A program made the position numbers and the translations under genes. Positions 27,101 to 41,218 of a DNA stretch of 64,000 nucleotides are shown here, in pieces; within the stretch, counting starts at the first letter, position 1; each line of letters opens with the position of its first letter. Origin of the DNA: Isurus oxyrinchus (taxonomy: Eukaryota); assembly GCA_026770705.1 (NCBI GenBank), contig JANJGN010000034.1, positions 5,518,001 through 5,582,000 of the forward strand, written 5' to 3'. Under the pieces are notes generated by a model. The model had not been told where the DNA came from, searched no databases, and saw only the letters and a list, made by a program, of their open reading frames with translations.

Positions 27101-28328
27101 AAATTTTCTTGCACTTTATGCGCTATTCAAAGTGAGGTTCACTTCTCACCCTCACCCTTTTTTATTTGGGTACCTTGCGTCCACAGGCAGAACATGTCTA
27201 TGTTTCCTTCACTACCGCCGTATAACAATGCTCCATTACCTGAATTTGTTTTTGCACATGCTTTCCATTCTTTTCACATTGTGCAAACCCTCCCATGGAA
27301 TTGTTTGCATGTTATTATTTCATCCTGTTTCTACTGCTCTTTTGCATTCGTTCTGCCACCACTTGTGAATATTATTCCTAATGATTTCTCTAATCATTTT
27401 CTTGTGCAGTCATCAGTGCACCAGCTTAACACTATCATGTTGTTTTCACCTGACATGACTCATCTCGCAGCTGCGAAGCACCCACACAAGTTCACAGCAC
27501 ACATACGATGAGAAGGCTGTTGGCACAGAGATATGCTAGAACATAAAGCTCCAACTACGTTGCCACTAACTGGGCAGCCCAAGATAAGCTCTGTAGGAGT
27601 CAGAGAGTAGAATTGGAGTGGCATGTTATACGATGAAAAACTTTGATCGTTAGCCATTACTCCAACATCTGGTGACATGATGCTTAACACAAACACATAG
27701 AATCCTACCAAGCAGGTGCGAACAAATTGTATGAAGGAGAAATGTTGGGGGTTGGGCATAATAGTTGGAAGAGTAGCAGTAAAATACAAGCAAGTTGTAA
27801 ATCTAATCAGAAATTTACACGCGGGCTCGACAAGATGCAACATACCATGACCATAGTAGTAATTTCAACCAAACCCTGCGAATCATCCTGGTTCTTTGCA
27901 TTGCTCCATTCGTGTCACTGAACACTAACGTAAAGCCAACACAATTTGCAATCCGAAATCATACCTTAAGTAATGACTTATTTTGGAAATAATAATACTC
28001 TGCATGGCATAGTGTATTTACCTCTTCCATTAATCCTAGCGCTGCTATCCTATTCGCTGCAAAGTCATTGGTCGGAGGCAACTGTAAAATGAGAGTGATT
28101 TCGATATCTCTGAGACCAGAAGTCGCGAATACCGTCTCTACCATCTTGAGCTAGGTTTCCAGTGTCTTGGCTGTCTTGCAAAGCTGACAGGAAAGCCATT
28201 GGTGGGGTGGGGTTTGTGGGTGTGAATTTTCATCCAAAGAGAAAAGAACAGCTGCATGGGGAAAAAAAAAAGATTATCTAGCTAAAATGGTTTATTTAGT
28301 GTGAAAGAATAGCTTTCTTTATTATACT

Positions 28329-28875
28329 TGTTAGGCAAGGCCACATGATCCCTAGTAGCCATTAGGTGAGTAGCGCAGACTACCTCAGCAGTCAGGTTAG
28401 AGATAGACTGGAGTTGAAAGCACACGTGTATTTGCTGCTGATTTGTTGCAAATAAACTTAACATTTACACCTAATTACTATCTGCAGATTTACTCTACCA
28501 TTAATATCACAACTCGGCCACCCTACAACAAATTGGTGAGGACTCTGAAACAGGATTGAAAAGAAGTCAAGTTATAAAAGAAAACAGCACTGCACCTCGC
28601 ACACTGATTTAAAGTACCTAGCTCCGTTAGAATTGATGCAGTTATCCTCTCTCAACATGCCACGCTTTGGAGAATTGATTATGTTGACCCTACCACAGGT
28701 GATTGGTCTCAATACATAGAGTGTCTCATGTTCTTGTCTCAACTGAATGAGATTGTGGGCTAAGGGAAGAGGTGAGTGGCTATCTTGAGTGCTTATGGAA
28801 GCAAAATCTACAGGCTGATTAGAGATTTTACAGCACCAAGTGCCCCAGATTCGAAGAACACTGATGAATTGATGA
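28329..28875 (+). mobile_element. Ty3/Gypsy relic: putative 5' LTR (28329-28530), degenerate PBS, gag N-terminus pseudogene (28657-28875)
   Basis: TGTT...AACA termini with internal aataaa, followed by aattggtgagga. Translation DPTTGDWSQYIECLMF...AILSAYGSKIYRLIRDFTAPSAPDSKNTDELM (with stops) resembles the Gypsy gag start DW..Y.ERL..F...ILLS..G...Y.LIR.L.AP..P. Confidence 0.7.
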
Positions 28876-28879
28876 CCAC

Positions 28880-29590
28880 GTGATTATTCATATGCCATTT
28901 CAACACACTACCCTGCTCCCATTCCCACATGCCTGTCCTTGGCATGCTGCATTCTTCAAGTGAAGCTCAACGCAAACCAGTGGAACAGCACCTCAGCTTC
29001 CGTCTAGGCACTTTACATCCTACTGGACTGAATATTTTGTTCATCAATTTTAGACTATGTACTCCCTCCTTCATCCCCACCAACTTTACGTTTCTCCCCC
29101 CCCCCCCCCCCCCTTTTTGTGTTTTCCAATAATTTATATAGATTTTTCATTTCCCACCTATTTCCATTATTTGAAATGTATTTCCACCGATTGTTTGTCT
29201 CTACCTTTTAACCTTCTAAATATCCCCTCACCCCAATCCCAGTACAGCTCTCCATACTTTCTGCTTTCTGCTCTTCATTAACATATTCCTGTAGAAAATA
29301 TTACCACCTTCAACACCTAAATGTCATTTTGTCTGTGACATCTTTTGGTTATCTCTATCAACCACTGGCTTCTTGCCCCAACAACAACCCACCACCCCCC
29401 CCCCCCAAAAAAAAAACAGCTTATATTTCACCCTTTACTTTCCTATTTTTACTTAGTTCTGTTGAAGGGTAATCAATTCTCGAAACGTCAACGGTGCACT
29501 TCTCCCGCGATGGTGCTGGAGCTGCTGAGTTTTCAGGTATTTCTGTTTCTGGTTTTCTCTTGGATTTCCAGCATCCACAGTTCTTTTATT
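28880..29590 (+). mobile_element. Penelope-like element 3' fragment
   Basis: HFN, MPVLGMLH...EAQRKPVEQHLSFRLGTLHPTGLNI plus terminal block agttctgttgaagggt...ctcgaaacgtcaac; collinear with 1730-2470. Confidence 0.88.
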
Positions 29591-31689
29591 TTATCTCTGA
29601 GCTTTCTTATCCATTATGCCTCTGCCGCTGAGTAGGCTGCACGCCACAATGCCGACATTATATCCTCTCCCTTGTTAACCCTTTCATCAAGCACAAACAA
29701 ACAAAACACATACACATGCACACACTGGCACACACACTCTCATGATCACTTCTACCCACTCTCTGGCCAGGTGACTGCTGTTTCGCAACGACACCCTTGA
29801 AATAAGTGATTTGCTGTTTGGGCCCGTGAAATTGATTAAATTCTTTTTTTTTCTCTGTGCCTATTTCTTTCTTTACGTTCAGCGAATGAAAATAGCAATT
29901 ATTTTGAATTCTCGAATGTACAATAATAAAACCGATATAGGATGTGCTGGGCTGGAGATCACTGCAGAATATAATGGAAGGAAAGTATTTTCACAAATGC
30001 CAATGCTTCTCAGCTACAGTATATTGGCTATGATGGGAGAGTGGAATTTGAGAAAGATAAATATTTCTGTTGATACCATCTTCATCATAAACAATCTTCC
30101 ATTTTGTAGACCAGTGTTATTTCCTGCAAGGGGTATAAACCTGCAGGCATGATTATACCCCACCTCGCTCCACGTTCCCCACCCCCAGAAAGTCAGTTAA
30201 TCACAGCTTCCTGTTGTTATGATGCGCCTTCTCTTTATTCACATTGGTGAATTCTATCAATATCTGTTGTGAAATGTTTCCCTATTGCGGTCTCTGTGGT
30301 TGAATAACTGCCATTGTATTTGTGTGCTACGCAATATTGGTATATGGCTTACGCGTGCCCTCATGACGTGAGTAAGCCACAAACGATAAGAATGGTATGG
30401 TTCAGTACTTTTTATCAGCGGTTGTTAGTGGATGGTTCGTCAATGTTCCCATGAACTGAGCAGTGGAAGTGGCTGGTGGTATCCTTTTTAGGACATGGTA
30501 ATCGCTATTTAATTCATTACTCTGGACACCTCTTGTGAAATAATTAGACTAGCTTTTTACTGTGCTTCAAATTTATTGCACTATTTTCTTTGCACAGGCC
30601 TCGACTGCTATGTTTTTCCGCTGCTAGCTCTGTAATTCTTTGAGTTCATTTTCTGTCATGGGCAGCTTTGCTGAAGATTCAACTGCATATTTATTTGTTT
30701 AATCAATATGGAAGGAACCTGCACGTTCAGAGTTGTAGCTTGGCTTTAAGCAGCGTTCGGCAGTCACATTGTTGTGTCCTCTGTCTGAGCGTGCGACAAA
30801 TGACCTGGGCTGGGTGTGCTTGTTGCACACAATATCCTTTCATCTAAAATAAAGGGAAATATTGTCCTATTTTTTGATTCACAATAAATATGCATTACGG
30901 TTTACCATGGGCAGATATAATATTATGTTTGTTCATTACAATCTTTCAGTGGTAGGTTTTAAGAAGTCTTCTTTGCATTAATTCGAATCCGAGAAATTGG
31001 AATGTTCACTCATAATAGCACAATTTTCAGTACCATGCATACAGCTTCAGACACTGGAGCCGAAGTTTTCATGTTGAGGAACAACTCGACACATTCAGAT
31101 GTGAGCTGATTAGTGTCAAATGACATTTACTGCATACAATTATCAAGAAATGAACATTATCAAGGATGGTAACTTTCCCACTTCTCCTTCACAATCAATG
31201 TCAATGCCATATCCCGTTGTCAACCAGCCGGGGTCTGACATCATTAAAGCTCCAGTTTGTAATCTGATGCTTAGTTCCCATTGAGCAAAGATGAGCTGGA
31301 ACACTTTAAAACAAGTGTAAATACAGGCACAGGTAAGAGGCTGAAAATTATATGGCGAATAAATGATCCCTTCCCTCCTGGAAAAGTATTCATTATGATT
31401 ATGCATAATTCAACATTATCATGACATCACCTTGACTTCCTAGCTGCGTGTTGTTCCAACAAAGCTCAAGAAGCTCGACTCCAACGACGGCAAATCATCC
31501 CCTCTGATGGTCATCATCCATCACCTAAATATTCATGGTCTCGACCACTGATGCGCAATGCCAGCAGTGTGCACCAAGTATAAAATGAATATCCAGAAAT
31601 TCTCAAGATGAATTGGAGTGAACATTGAAAGTGCATGCCATCTACCGTAGGACAGCAGAATGATTGCAGCACAGAGGCAGGTAATTCAG

Positions 31690-33450
31690 AGTCTTGTCTC
31701 AGAGACTCTGTCTTATTCCATTCTTCTGCCTTCTCCAAGCAGCCGTGCATATTTTATTTTTTTACGAAACAATCAAATTCCCTCTTTAATTAGTCAGTTG
31801 AGCCTCTTTCACAAAACCTTCAGCCAGCAAAATCCAGAACCCATTCATTCGCTATGTGAAGTCATTCTTCATTATTTTCCAGTTACTTATTTGTTCAATT
31901 ATCGTAAACATGTGCCCTTTTTTATCCACCCCTTCACCAATCGGAACATTTTTTTTTTGCTTCCCACCATGTCTAAAAACCTCCTGATATTGAATACCCT
32001 CTCAGTCGTATACAATTCATGAAAAACCATGTCAGCTTCTTGGAACTATCTGTGTGACGCGTTACACAATTTTTAGGCCCGGTTGAATGTCTGCACGACG
32101 TTCGTAAAATTTGTCGAACAAAAGTAGACGCAATGCCCTATTGAAGCCAGTCTTCTATGCAACTTCAATGTGACTAATTTTATTTTCAATTCAGATATGC
32201 CCCTATGAATAAAGCCTGAGAGGTTATAACCTTTATTAACCATTTAATCTGCCCTGACAAATTCAATGATTTGTGCACCGGTCATATTTTATAACCTCTG
32301 TGTCTACACCAATGACACAATTATACCATTTATTTTGTATATTGTCTTTCCTTTATTTATACTAACAAGATTGACTTCGTACTTCCTGCATGCAATTTTA
32401 TTGGACACTTGTTCACCCATTCGACCAAACTGCCTATGTGATGTTGAAGATATCACATCACAATGCTTACAGGTTTTGTATTATCCCCAAAGTTAGAGAA
32501 TGTTCCAGGGTTACCAAACCATAACTAATTAACATATTTCAGGAAAAACAATGGTTTCAACTCAGGATCCTAGATCTTTTTTTTAAAAAAAGAAACCTCC
32601 CCTCGCCTATTTCGAAACGTAAAATTGTTCATCATTCATTAACCACTATTGCCTGCTTCCCGCCACGGACTCAATTTCGTACGAATCTTGCTATTATCAC
32701 CTTTATTCCATGAACTGTAAGCCCAGGGCAGAAAGATTAATCTGACTGGACTGACATTCCTGCTGTTGCCTTCACAGCCTTTGTTTTGAACAAGTGTGCA
32801 ATCTATTGCAATTCCTCTTTCCTTTGACACCACATTTTATTTTAAGACACACTGTGAAACTATATCCATAACCTCTCCAATTTCAACATTCCTTGGCAAC
32901 TTTAGATGCATCCAAAAAGGCCCTATTGCCGTATGAGATCTAAGCACAAACAACATATCTAAAATATTTTCCTCCTCAGTTTGTAACTTGTAAAGTATCT
33001 GGAGCACTTTCTATTTCATCATGAATTGAGCTGCATCTTGATCCTTTCGAAGGAGGAAGGCAAAGTTTCGTACCTCAGGCAGTGGCTCTGTTTCTATTAT
33101 TTTTCGTCTCCATACCGTTTTTTTTTCTCTGATCAGCTTCACTTCTCCTTTTACAAGCCTTCTTCAAGTTATAGCGCAACTCAAAATATTTTTCTGCAGT
33201 TTTAAATAGTTACTGGGGTCATTTAATTCTCTCCATTTTTGTATGTTATGTATTTGTTATTTTCACGTCCCTACTGAACATTCAACATTCAGCTTGGTTT
33301 TCAGTTTTAATGTGCACCTTATACCTTTAAATGCACACTCTTCCTTCCTTTTCTCAATCTGTATCTATTTTATCTTCTTGGATTTAAGGGTTTGTTTGTC
33401 ATGCTTTAGTTTTAATGCAAATATATTTTGTCTTGGCCATAAATACCTCT
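31690..33450 (-). mobile_element. Highly decayed CR1-type LINE (antisense)
   Basis: Antisense CR1-like words (ttaatctgactggactgacattcc, gccttgttttgaacaagtgtg). Approximate. Confidence 0.5.
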
Positions 33451-34466
33451 GATTGAAATGAAGCCCCTTTTTCAGATAGGGCAGTGCCTGCCAGTCTGAA
33501 AGGGCATGAATTACAGACACATCGGAAAATGGACACCCATTTTCACTTCAAAGCCACGCACCACTCTGTCTAGGAACAATATGAAAATCTTTATAATCTC
33601 TGCCTAAAAACAGTGTGGGTGTTTACCAGTTTCACCAAAAGGACTGCAATGGTTCCAGAGGGCGACTCACGGCCATTGTTTTATGGGCAATTAGCAATCA
33701 AAAGCATATAAGACCTCGCTAAGGACACCTATCTCCTATTAGAGCGTAACTATGCAAAAAAAAAAAACCCGCAGGAAACACTCACAGCGCCTTCGATGCT
33801 GAAGAAGCGGTGTCATATTAAAGGGCACTAACATGCAATGCAGTATTGAAAACGTGCTTATCTGCTGCAGGAGCCAACTTTTAGATTTCACGTTGATCCA
33901 AAGGGCTGTCACTGCTTCTCAGTTCGAAATAAAAGTTTGCATAGCAGGATTTTAAAGTACAGAATGACGGCTTTCACGGTCAATATTCAAGCCACCGTAA
34001 TAATGCAACCCTAATGTATTATCTGATTGTTATCGCAGTCCCAGTTATGGGACATTTTTGCAAACAAATTGAAAGTCGTATTTTCTGCAATGCAACAATG
34101 TATCCACTTCTATGTGTTCCAGATTCGTTGCAGTTTCGGTAGGGAGGCCTCGATGTCGTGAATGGTCTTTTAGAAATGCATTCCTTCATTTATTATTAAC
34201 CTTTAACATATATAGGCACAGTGGTATGGAAGATGCTGCATGAAACGAGCATTACCAAAGGAACTCGTTTTCAACAAGAATTCAAAAAATGAGTCATGAG
34301 AATAAAAGTAGATAGTTGGCCAAGTTTCATTTGTTTATGAAAAGGCTTGAAAATGCACCTTCAGAAATGCCAATTGTTCCAAATGTTGAGGTCTGCAAGC
34401 ATCAGAAACAGTGAAATGCCCTTGATTGCGCGGATTTGATTAAAGTAATTGCTTTATTTTTCTCAG

Positions 34467-34502
34467 AATTGTACAGACTGAAGGGTGTACTCAGCGATAC
34501 AG
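34467..34502 (+). CDS. Micro-exon D3 (36 nt) ELYRLKGVLSDT
   Basis: ctttatttttctcag|aattgtaca...gatacag|gtgctg; weak donor but class motif retained. Confidence 0.75.
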
Positions 34503-35824
34503 GTGCTGAATTTAAATTAATTTATTGTTTCAGAAATCAATTCTGCTCATCGACATGTAAATTGCATGGGACTAACTGTCACATAACGTAAACCATCATC
34601 CTCATTTAATTTGAACATTTGCGTCAAAGAAATTCATTACTTCAATAAAAGTGAGCAATGACAATGTTGATAACATGTGAATGTAGTGCTATCGTTCATT
34701 TAACAAAATGCTTCAAGCCAACTGTAACTTACCATGGAAATTAGAGGCCAAGGATCACTCAAAATTTCTGCAAAACACTATCGCACAAAGTTCTGACACG
34801 TAGTAATTATTTAGGTTGTCTGTTAGCAATGTTTAAAATGAAGATATTACTAAAGTTTGATGGAAATATGTATCTGTTGTTGCGATTTCTGATTATTTAG
34901 TCGGATTACTAAATAATCAGAAATGAATCATTGCACTGCAAGGTGGAACTCAACACCAGGTGGTTCATTTGGTGAGATGACTAGTTTGTGTTTAACAGTA
35001 ATATTATGAGCGCAGGTTCAATTCCCACCATGGCCGTGGTAGACATATGACAAGCGTGATTGCCCTTTTAATGAAAATGGAACGCCAATGGCAATCATCA
35101 ACTCACTAAAACTGCCCAAAATAGCTCAGGATGAAGAATCTGGTGATAGTGTTCCATGGACATGGCTTTTGGTCCGAGGACACATAACATACTGGACACC
35201 CAAAATCTATTTTACTTGCACGCATCATGTAATATTATTGTATGTTTCAACTTCTTTATTTAAATGTAGTATAGAAATTTTCATATTTTACTATTGCTGC
35301 TATGACTCTCCTGCTGTCGAAATGTGTAACAGCAGGTTGTAACTATTGCATCAATGCTAAAGATTACTATGGGCTGCGTTTTTTGGTGTTTGCATGTGAA
35401 TGCTGGATGGTGAATTCTGACTTCGTGGTTCTCATTCAGCTGGAGTTATCAGGTTACGTTGTTCTATGATGAAAACGCTAGAAGTCGTTTGCAGGAGACA
35501 GATAGCAGGGTGGTTAAGTTTCGTCTCGAGTGAGGGGAAGCTCTAAATCTGGGGCAGAGTAAGAGGTGCTAATAGTTGCAGTGCGAAATAATTAGTTGAT
35601 ACAGATAATATCGTTTAGTGCTCAGATGAAGGTTAAAGTGAGGAGATTGTATTCAGTTGCTGTGATTTGCAGTGTGGCCTGGACGATGTGATTTACCGTG
35701 CAGAGAGATTAAGATGCAAATTCAGTTGCCTTACCAACGTTAGTGGAAAATTGAAGTAGTTAGTGCACTATTAGTGCTTGGCGTTCCCTTCAAAAAAAGC
35801 TTATTATGCCAATACCTGCAAACA

Positions 35825-36600
35825 AATAGATGCCTGAAAAAAATTTATAAGTGCTGGGAAAACACAGTGGGTCTGGCAGCATTTAAGGAGATTGAAGCAA
35901 ACGTTATGAGTCGAGTCCGTTTGGCACTATTTTAGAGCTGAAGAGAGTTAAAATACGATGATTTATATGTTGCAAACCAGGCCAAAGGCTTGTGTGGTGT
36001 GGAGCAGGTGGAGCAATATAGGTCAGGGATAGGTTGGAGGTTAGCAGTGGTAAACTGACAATGATGTCTTGGACGCAAGGCACAGGGGAGCAGTTAATGA
36101 TTGAAGCAATTTTTAATAGCAACATAAAGGTCAGATATCTGAATATATTAATAACAGAAGAAAAGTCAGCACTTTCTGAAATCAAAACGTTCAAACAAGG
36201 TACAACCTGACAATTGGGGAAGGAGGCAGAGTGATGATAGAAAGCACAAATAATGAAATGGATGAAAATGTCTTGGTCCAAAGAGTTGAAGGCAACGTTA
36301 AGACCAGAATTATGGAATGTGTCAAATCAGAATTTTAGTTGTGGTTTCTCCTTAGTCTTGGGCATTACTGGAATATTGTAGCAGGCCAAGCTCAGAAATG
36401 CAAGCATGAATACTATATAGTGAATTGAAGTGGTAAGCGAAAGAGAGGTCACGATCATGATCATGGAAAGTAAAACAAAGACCATCCGTAAAGTGGTCAA
36501 CAAGTTCGTAGAGAAGCCCGCATTTTATATGATGACTTCAGCAGATTAATTTGACAGAAGCGCAAATTAATCCCTGCTTCAACTGGAAGGAGGCGGGGCA
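35825..36600 (-). mobile_element. Old Penelope-like 3' fragment
   Basis: tgctgggaaaacacagtgggtctggcagcat (terminal block, antisense) and downstream remnants of antisense GIY-YIG sequence (gcaggccaag, ctgcttcaactggaagg). Confidence 0.6.
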
Positions 36601-37637
36601 CCTGACATTTCTTCTATCTCTATATTTTCCAATGCTATTGGGGTGAGTGGGCATTCAGGTGATAATAACGGCTGCACTTGCTAAAATTATTCCGAGGTAA
36701 AGAAAAAAATTATGGGGAAGTATCATTTCATCCTTGCTGTCGCCAGTGAATTAAAAGGAAATTTAAATATTATATGCCTGGTTCAGCTGAAACAGATGAA
36801 GTACTAAATTCAACATATATGTGTCAACATCTCCTGTTCATTCTTTGAAGCCCGCCTAAGACTGGACAGCCCCATGTGGTGGCTCCTGAACTACCAACGT
36901 TTTTCTCTGTGTAAGATGAGTGTTTAAGATTTTTTTAATCTCAACAAAATGACCGTTATTGAGTGTCCAGCAAGCACTTAGAAGACAGGTGTCAGCTTTG
37001 CAGATGAAAAGTCAGGAGATAGGGCTTCTACGCCATTTGAGGTGAAATGTAAAAGGCAACCAGATCACTGTGCGCCTAGAATCGCGTCGAAGGCCACACA
37101 CTCTAAGGAGGACAGAATTTCTCCGCACAATGACATTACTGAAGTTTGTTTCTTTTTTTAAAATTTGAATGTTGCAATCCACATGGTTACCATTTCTAAA
37201 TTTGCTGCTGCTTCCAGATTTAGGAAATCTAATTAAGTTCCACTGGTTGTTTTGTTGGTATGTGAATACGTTTTATGAAACTCTTAATTGGGTGCTGAAA
37301 ATGAGCATTCCATTAGATGAGCACTACGACACCAATGCCATTACCCACACAACACACCCACCACCACTCCCCTCACACCACCCCTCTCAACATCCCTCTC
37401 GCTCCACAAATAAATGCATCGTTAATGCTACTACTGCCGTTGGCAAATGCACAAAACGTGCATGGCAAAAGAGAAAGCTGACTGTTCGGATTAGTATGTT
37501 TCGTTACGAGCATTGTCTTCTCAGCACATTTTGTTACTGTTGTGAAGCATGGATGGCTTAAATAAATCAAGAAAGTTAGCTTAAGTTCTGTTTCATTTTC
37601 AAATGTGATATATTTAGCGAATTCCTGGTATGTCATT

Positions 37638-37667
37638 AAAATAAATAAATAAATAAATAAAATAAAT
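37638..37667 (+). repeat. (AAAT)n microsatellite
   Basis: aaaataaataaataaataaataaaataaat. Confidence 0.85.
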
Positions 37668-38729
37668 CACGAGTGTGACAGCCCTCTAAACCGCAATTTC
37701 TCAAGTTTTTCCCCAGTCATCAAGCCGAGACAATTTTGTACTCAGGTGCACAGTGCAGGATTAAACACGGGGGCATTCACGTGGAGATATTTCTAATGAG
37801 GACCTGGCTAGAGCTATAAAGACAGTACAATACCCAAATGTTAAAATACCCAAATGTTATCTTGAAAAATGCTTGGACGTGTCAAATTAAGGACCCAAGC
37901 ATCGATTTTCTGTTTTATTTTGCTGAATCAGTACAACGTAACTAAACAACAAGAAAGAGGAATAGCGACATTAAATGTTTGCAACCATGAGGTTCGGTGG
38001 CTGCAGCAGTTTGTCGAGAGAGAAACATATGTAACATAGCATCCCACAATGAGTTTTCATCATGATCTCATTTGTGGCAGTTTTGGCGCCACCAACATCT
38101 CATGAATCATTCACTTCCGACATCAACAAAAGTGCACTATATGTAATTATCACTTTGTCAATATGTTTGCTGCAGCTTCATCATCTAATGTGGAGATAAA
38201 AATTTCTACGTTATAATGAGATTTATACGATTTTGCCACACTTCCGCAACCTCTAGTATGAATTTGTATAGTAGAAAACGTGAAAGACGGTGGAAATGTG
38301 TTTCTGTTATTCCAAAGAGATGGCCTTTTTTTGTCGGATATGTAGGAGCAGCATTCTTCATCCATGCTCTGATTTGTGCAAATACTTATGCTGCAAATCA
38401 GCATGTTATATGTCCTGGAAGTAATTTCCGTTTTGCCGCCGTCTATGGGAGAACGGTGGCGTTTACAGGCAGGACAATAGGTCATACCTGTTTAGGCGCA
38501 GTTTATGGAAACTGTACTCAAGATTTAGAATCCACACTTAATTAATCCAGGTAACATGACTCGCAGAATTTGAGATGAAACCACCGAGCATATGGAAATA
38601 GATGTAATATTAAATGGCACAGAAACAGGAGGTTAAAAGTTTTAAACAAACGTTTGTGCAATTTTATGTTTTCTGCTTGAATGAGAAAACTGTTCCCCTG
38701 TGGTAAACAATTATTATTTGGGCATTGAT

Positions 38730-39405
38730 GGTAATGTAACACCTATAAATGAACCTCCGAACTACAAGACTTTGGGGGTAACCGTTGATACAGGACTGAA
38801 TTAGAGTAGCCATATAAACATGGCTACAAGATCAGGTCAGAACTATGACCAGTATTTCACCTCCTGTCTCTCCAAAGCCTTCCCACCATCTACAATGTGA
38901 AAGACAGGAGTGTGGTGGAATATTCCCCACTTGCCTGGATGAGTGCAGAAAGCATAACATTGAAGAGGCTTAACATTATCCAGGGCAAAGCAAGCCTCTT
39001 GACTACACATCCACAAACATTCACCCCCTGCACCAACGACGCACAGAAGCAGCAGTGTGTATCATCTACAAGATGCGCTGCAGGGATTCACCAAGATCCT
39101 TAGACAGCACGATCCACAAACACGAACACTACCACCTAGAAGAACCAAGGCAGCAGACACATGCGAATGCCACCACCTACAAGTTGCCCTCCAAGTCTAT
39201 CAATATCCTAACAAGGAAACATATTGACGTTACTTCATTGTCACCGATTCATAATTCTGGAACTCCCTTCCTCACAGCACTGTGGGTATAAATACACCAA
39301 AGGTTGCAGCTCACCACGACCTTCACAAGGGCAACTGCAAATTGCCAATAAATGCTGCCCTAGTAGCAAGGCCCATATTTCGTGAATGTATAACAGAAAA
39401 AAAAA
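38730..39405 (+). mobile_element. Decayed LINE 3' fragment (APE-RT family)
   Basis: Reads RSVVEYSPLAWMSA...LKRLNIIQGKA and CIIYKMRCRDSPR; 3' tail caataaatgctgccctag. Confidence 0.8.
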
Positions 39406-41191
39406 CGAATGCACCACCTGCAAATGTTTCTGCTGTGCATACTGTGTAAGAGTTGGTTGGGAAGACGACTTTCACACCATTGAACTGATTGCTAGGCTAC
39501 GTCTATTGGTGAAGTATCGACGTAATACAAATGCAGAAATATAGGGTAAACCTGACAACTAACGGGTTTACGATTTTAACTGGTAATGCGTTAGCTTTAT
39601 ATCTTGCTGTTAGTTGTAGTTTAGAATAAAGATAAGGCCCGGTTGTCTCTCTGCTATTATTGAGGAGTCATTCCATTTTCAATGCCATTGTTTTATTTTA
39701 TCTAAGTAGCGCATTTCTGGAATTAGTTTTGATTAATTCACATAGCAAAGACAAGCTTTACAGTTCTTCCAAACGGGTGTTTATGCTAGCTTCAGTAAAA
39801 ATACATCTGATATTTGAACGTATTTATTTCTTTATGGCTTCATAACGGAAAGCCATAATGACAAAATATTTCTCTGCTTAACATCCGTTCAAAAAGCCTG
39901 TAGAGCGATATACACATTCTTCCACATGATGAAAAGTCATGACATTTTTGGCGATGCTGCTTCTTAATTCTTTTCAGAGAAGTTAGAGCTCTAGATGTTT
40001 TCATACCTTCTCGCAATTATGCCTCATTGAGTGATAGTCTATATCTTCCATCTCTTCTCATGGACTGTTGAGCAGTTTTATTTTCCTCTTCCTGGAACAG
40101 TAAAGACCAGGTTATGTATTCGGATGTCAAAGTTGCTCCTGAGTTTGCAATTCTTTACTTCCAACCGTTGCTTCAATTATCCATCCCGAAAGATACACAA
40201 AGCTCCACGAATCATCAATATATATTAACACACGATAAGTCGGACAACACTGTGGTTTTCGTGCAATCATGGCTAAGACACAAATAATTGCGAAAACTGA
40301 AGGAATTCTAACATGCAGAATTGGCCACAAACTGGAACCTGAATACTCAGAAATACATTCGGGATGGGTCTCCACAGAATGTCCCAGCGGTCTTCTTCTC
40401 AAAACAGCAGGGACACAAAGTTCGAGAATATGCGCATATTTGCCATGCAGGCCATGAATTCGTATACGATTTGGATTGGAGCTGGCCCCTATCAACCTGA
40501 TTCGAAAGAATTTTGTTTTTTTTCGCTGTTGTCACAAAAGCTCCAGAGTCCCAAGAACGATCCTTTAAAAACAAAAACCGGAGAGCTATTTCAGAGTTGA
40601 GTTCCAAATGTCCATAAATGCTTAACTTTCTCCCTTATCATAAACATGTATAAAAGTATTCAAAGTCGTTCACCAGTATTTTACACGAGCATGAAACATG
40701 CACTTCTATCTGATATGAACCCTGAACTCGGTAAAATCATCTCGCGCCCTTGATATCATTGGTACTCGCGCTGCTTATGCACCATTGGGTCATTTGTCCG
40801 TCAAGTGTATTGCACCAAGATGCTGAGATTCTGAACGTTGCCAGCAGCATTGAAAACTTCCCAGTTCTCTGTATGGCCACAGTTGAATGGCCTAAATTCA
40901 CCGCTGATCACAAAACTCAGACTGATTTATATTATCACTCTTTTTATTTGAAGAGTGTTTGAAAATTGCAAAATTGCGGCACCTGGAGTGATACTGAATG
41001 TACTTAACTGGGAGCTAGACGTTACAATTGAATGGCAGTCCAAAAAGCCGGTTGTGAGGTGATTTGATTACATTGGCTGCCACGGGGCTGCTGTAGGGAA
41101 AATGCTGCATTCTCCAAGAAATGTTTTTTTTTTTGAGTAACACTAAACATTAAACATTATCTTATTTTTTTTGTAAATTTATTTATTTCAG

Positions 41192-41218
41192 AAAATAAGC
41201 TTCGTGCCTGCGAGCGAG
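41192..41218 (+). CDS. Micro-exon A3 (27 nt) ENKLRACER
   Basis: atttatttcag|aaaataagc...gagcgag|gtaaat. Confidence 0.9.

Noticed and set aside
28336-28366. AG-31 nt-gtgagt candidate exon
   Set aside because: Length is not a multiple of 3 and it lies inside the putative Gypsy LTR.
33476-33502. 27-nt segment DRAVPASLK after a good acceptor, as the missing C2 exon
   Set aside because: It is followed by ggcatg rather than GT and lacks the LLEK motif.
37828-37859. Short direct repeat aatacccaaatgtta x2
   Set aside because: Simple local duplication with no further structure.
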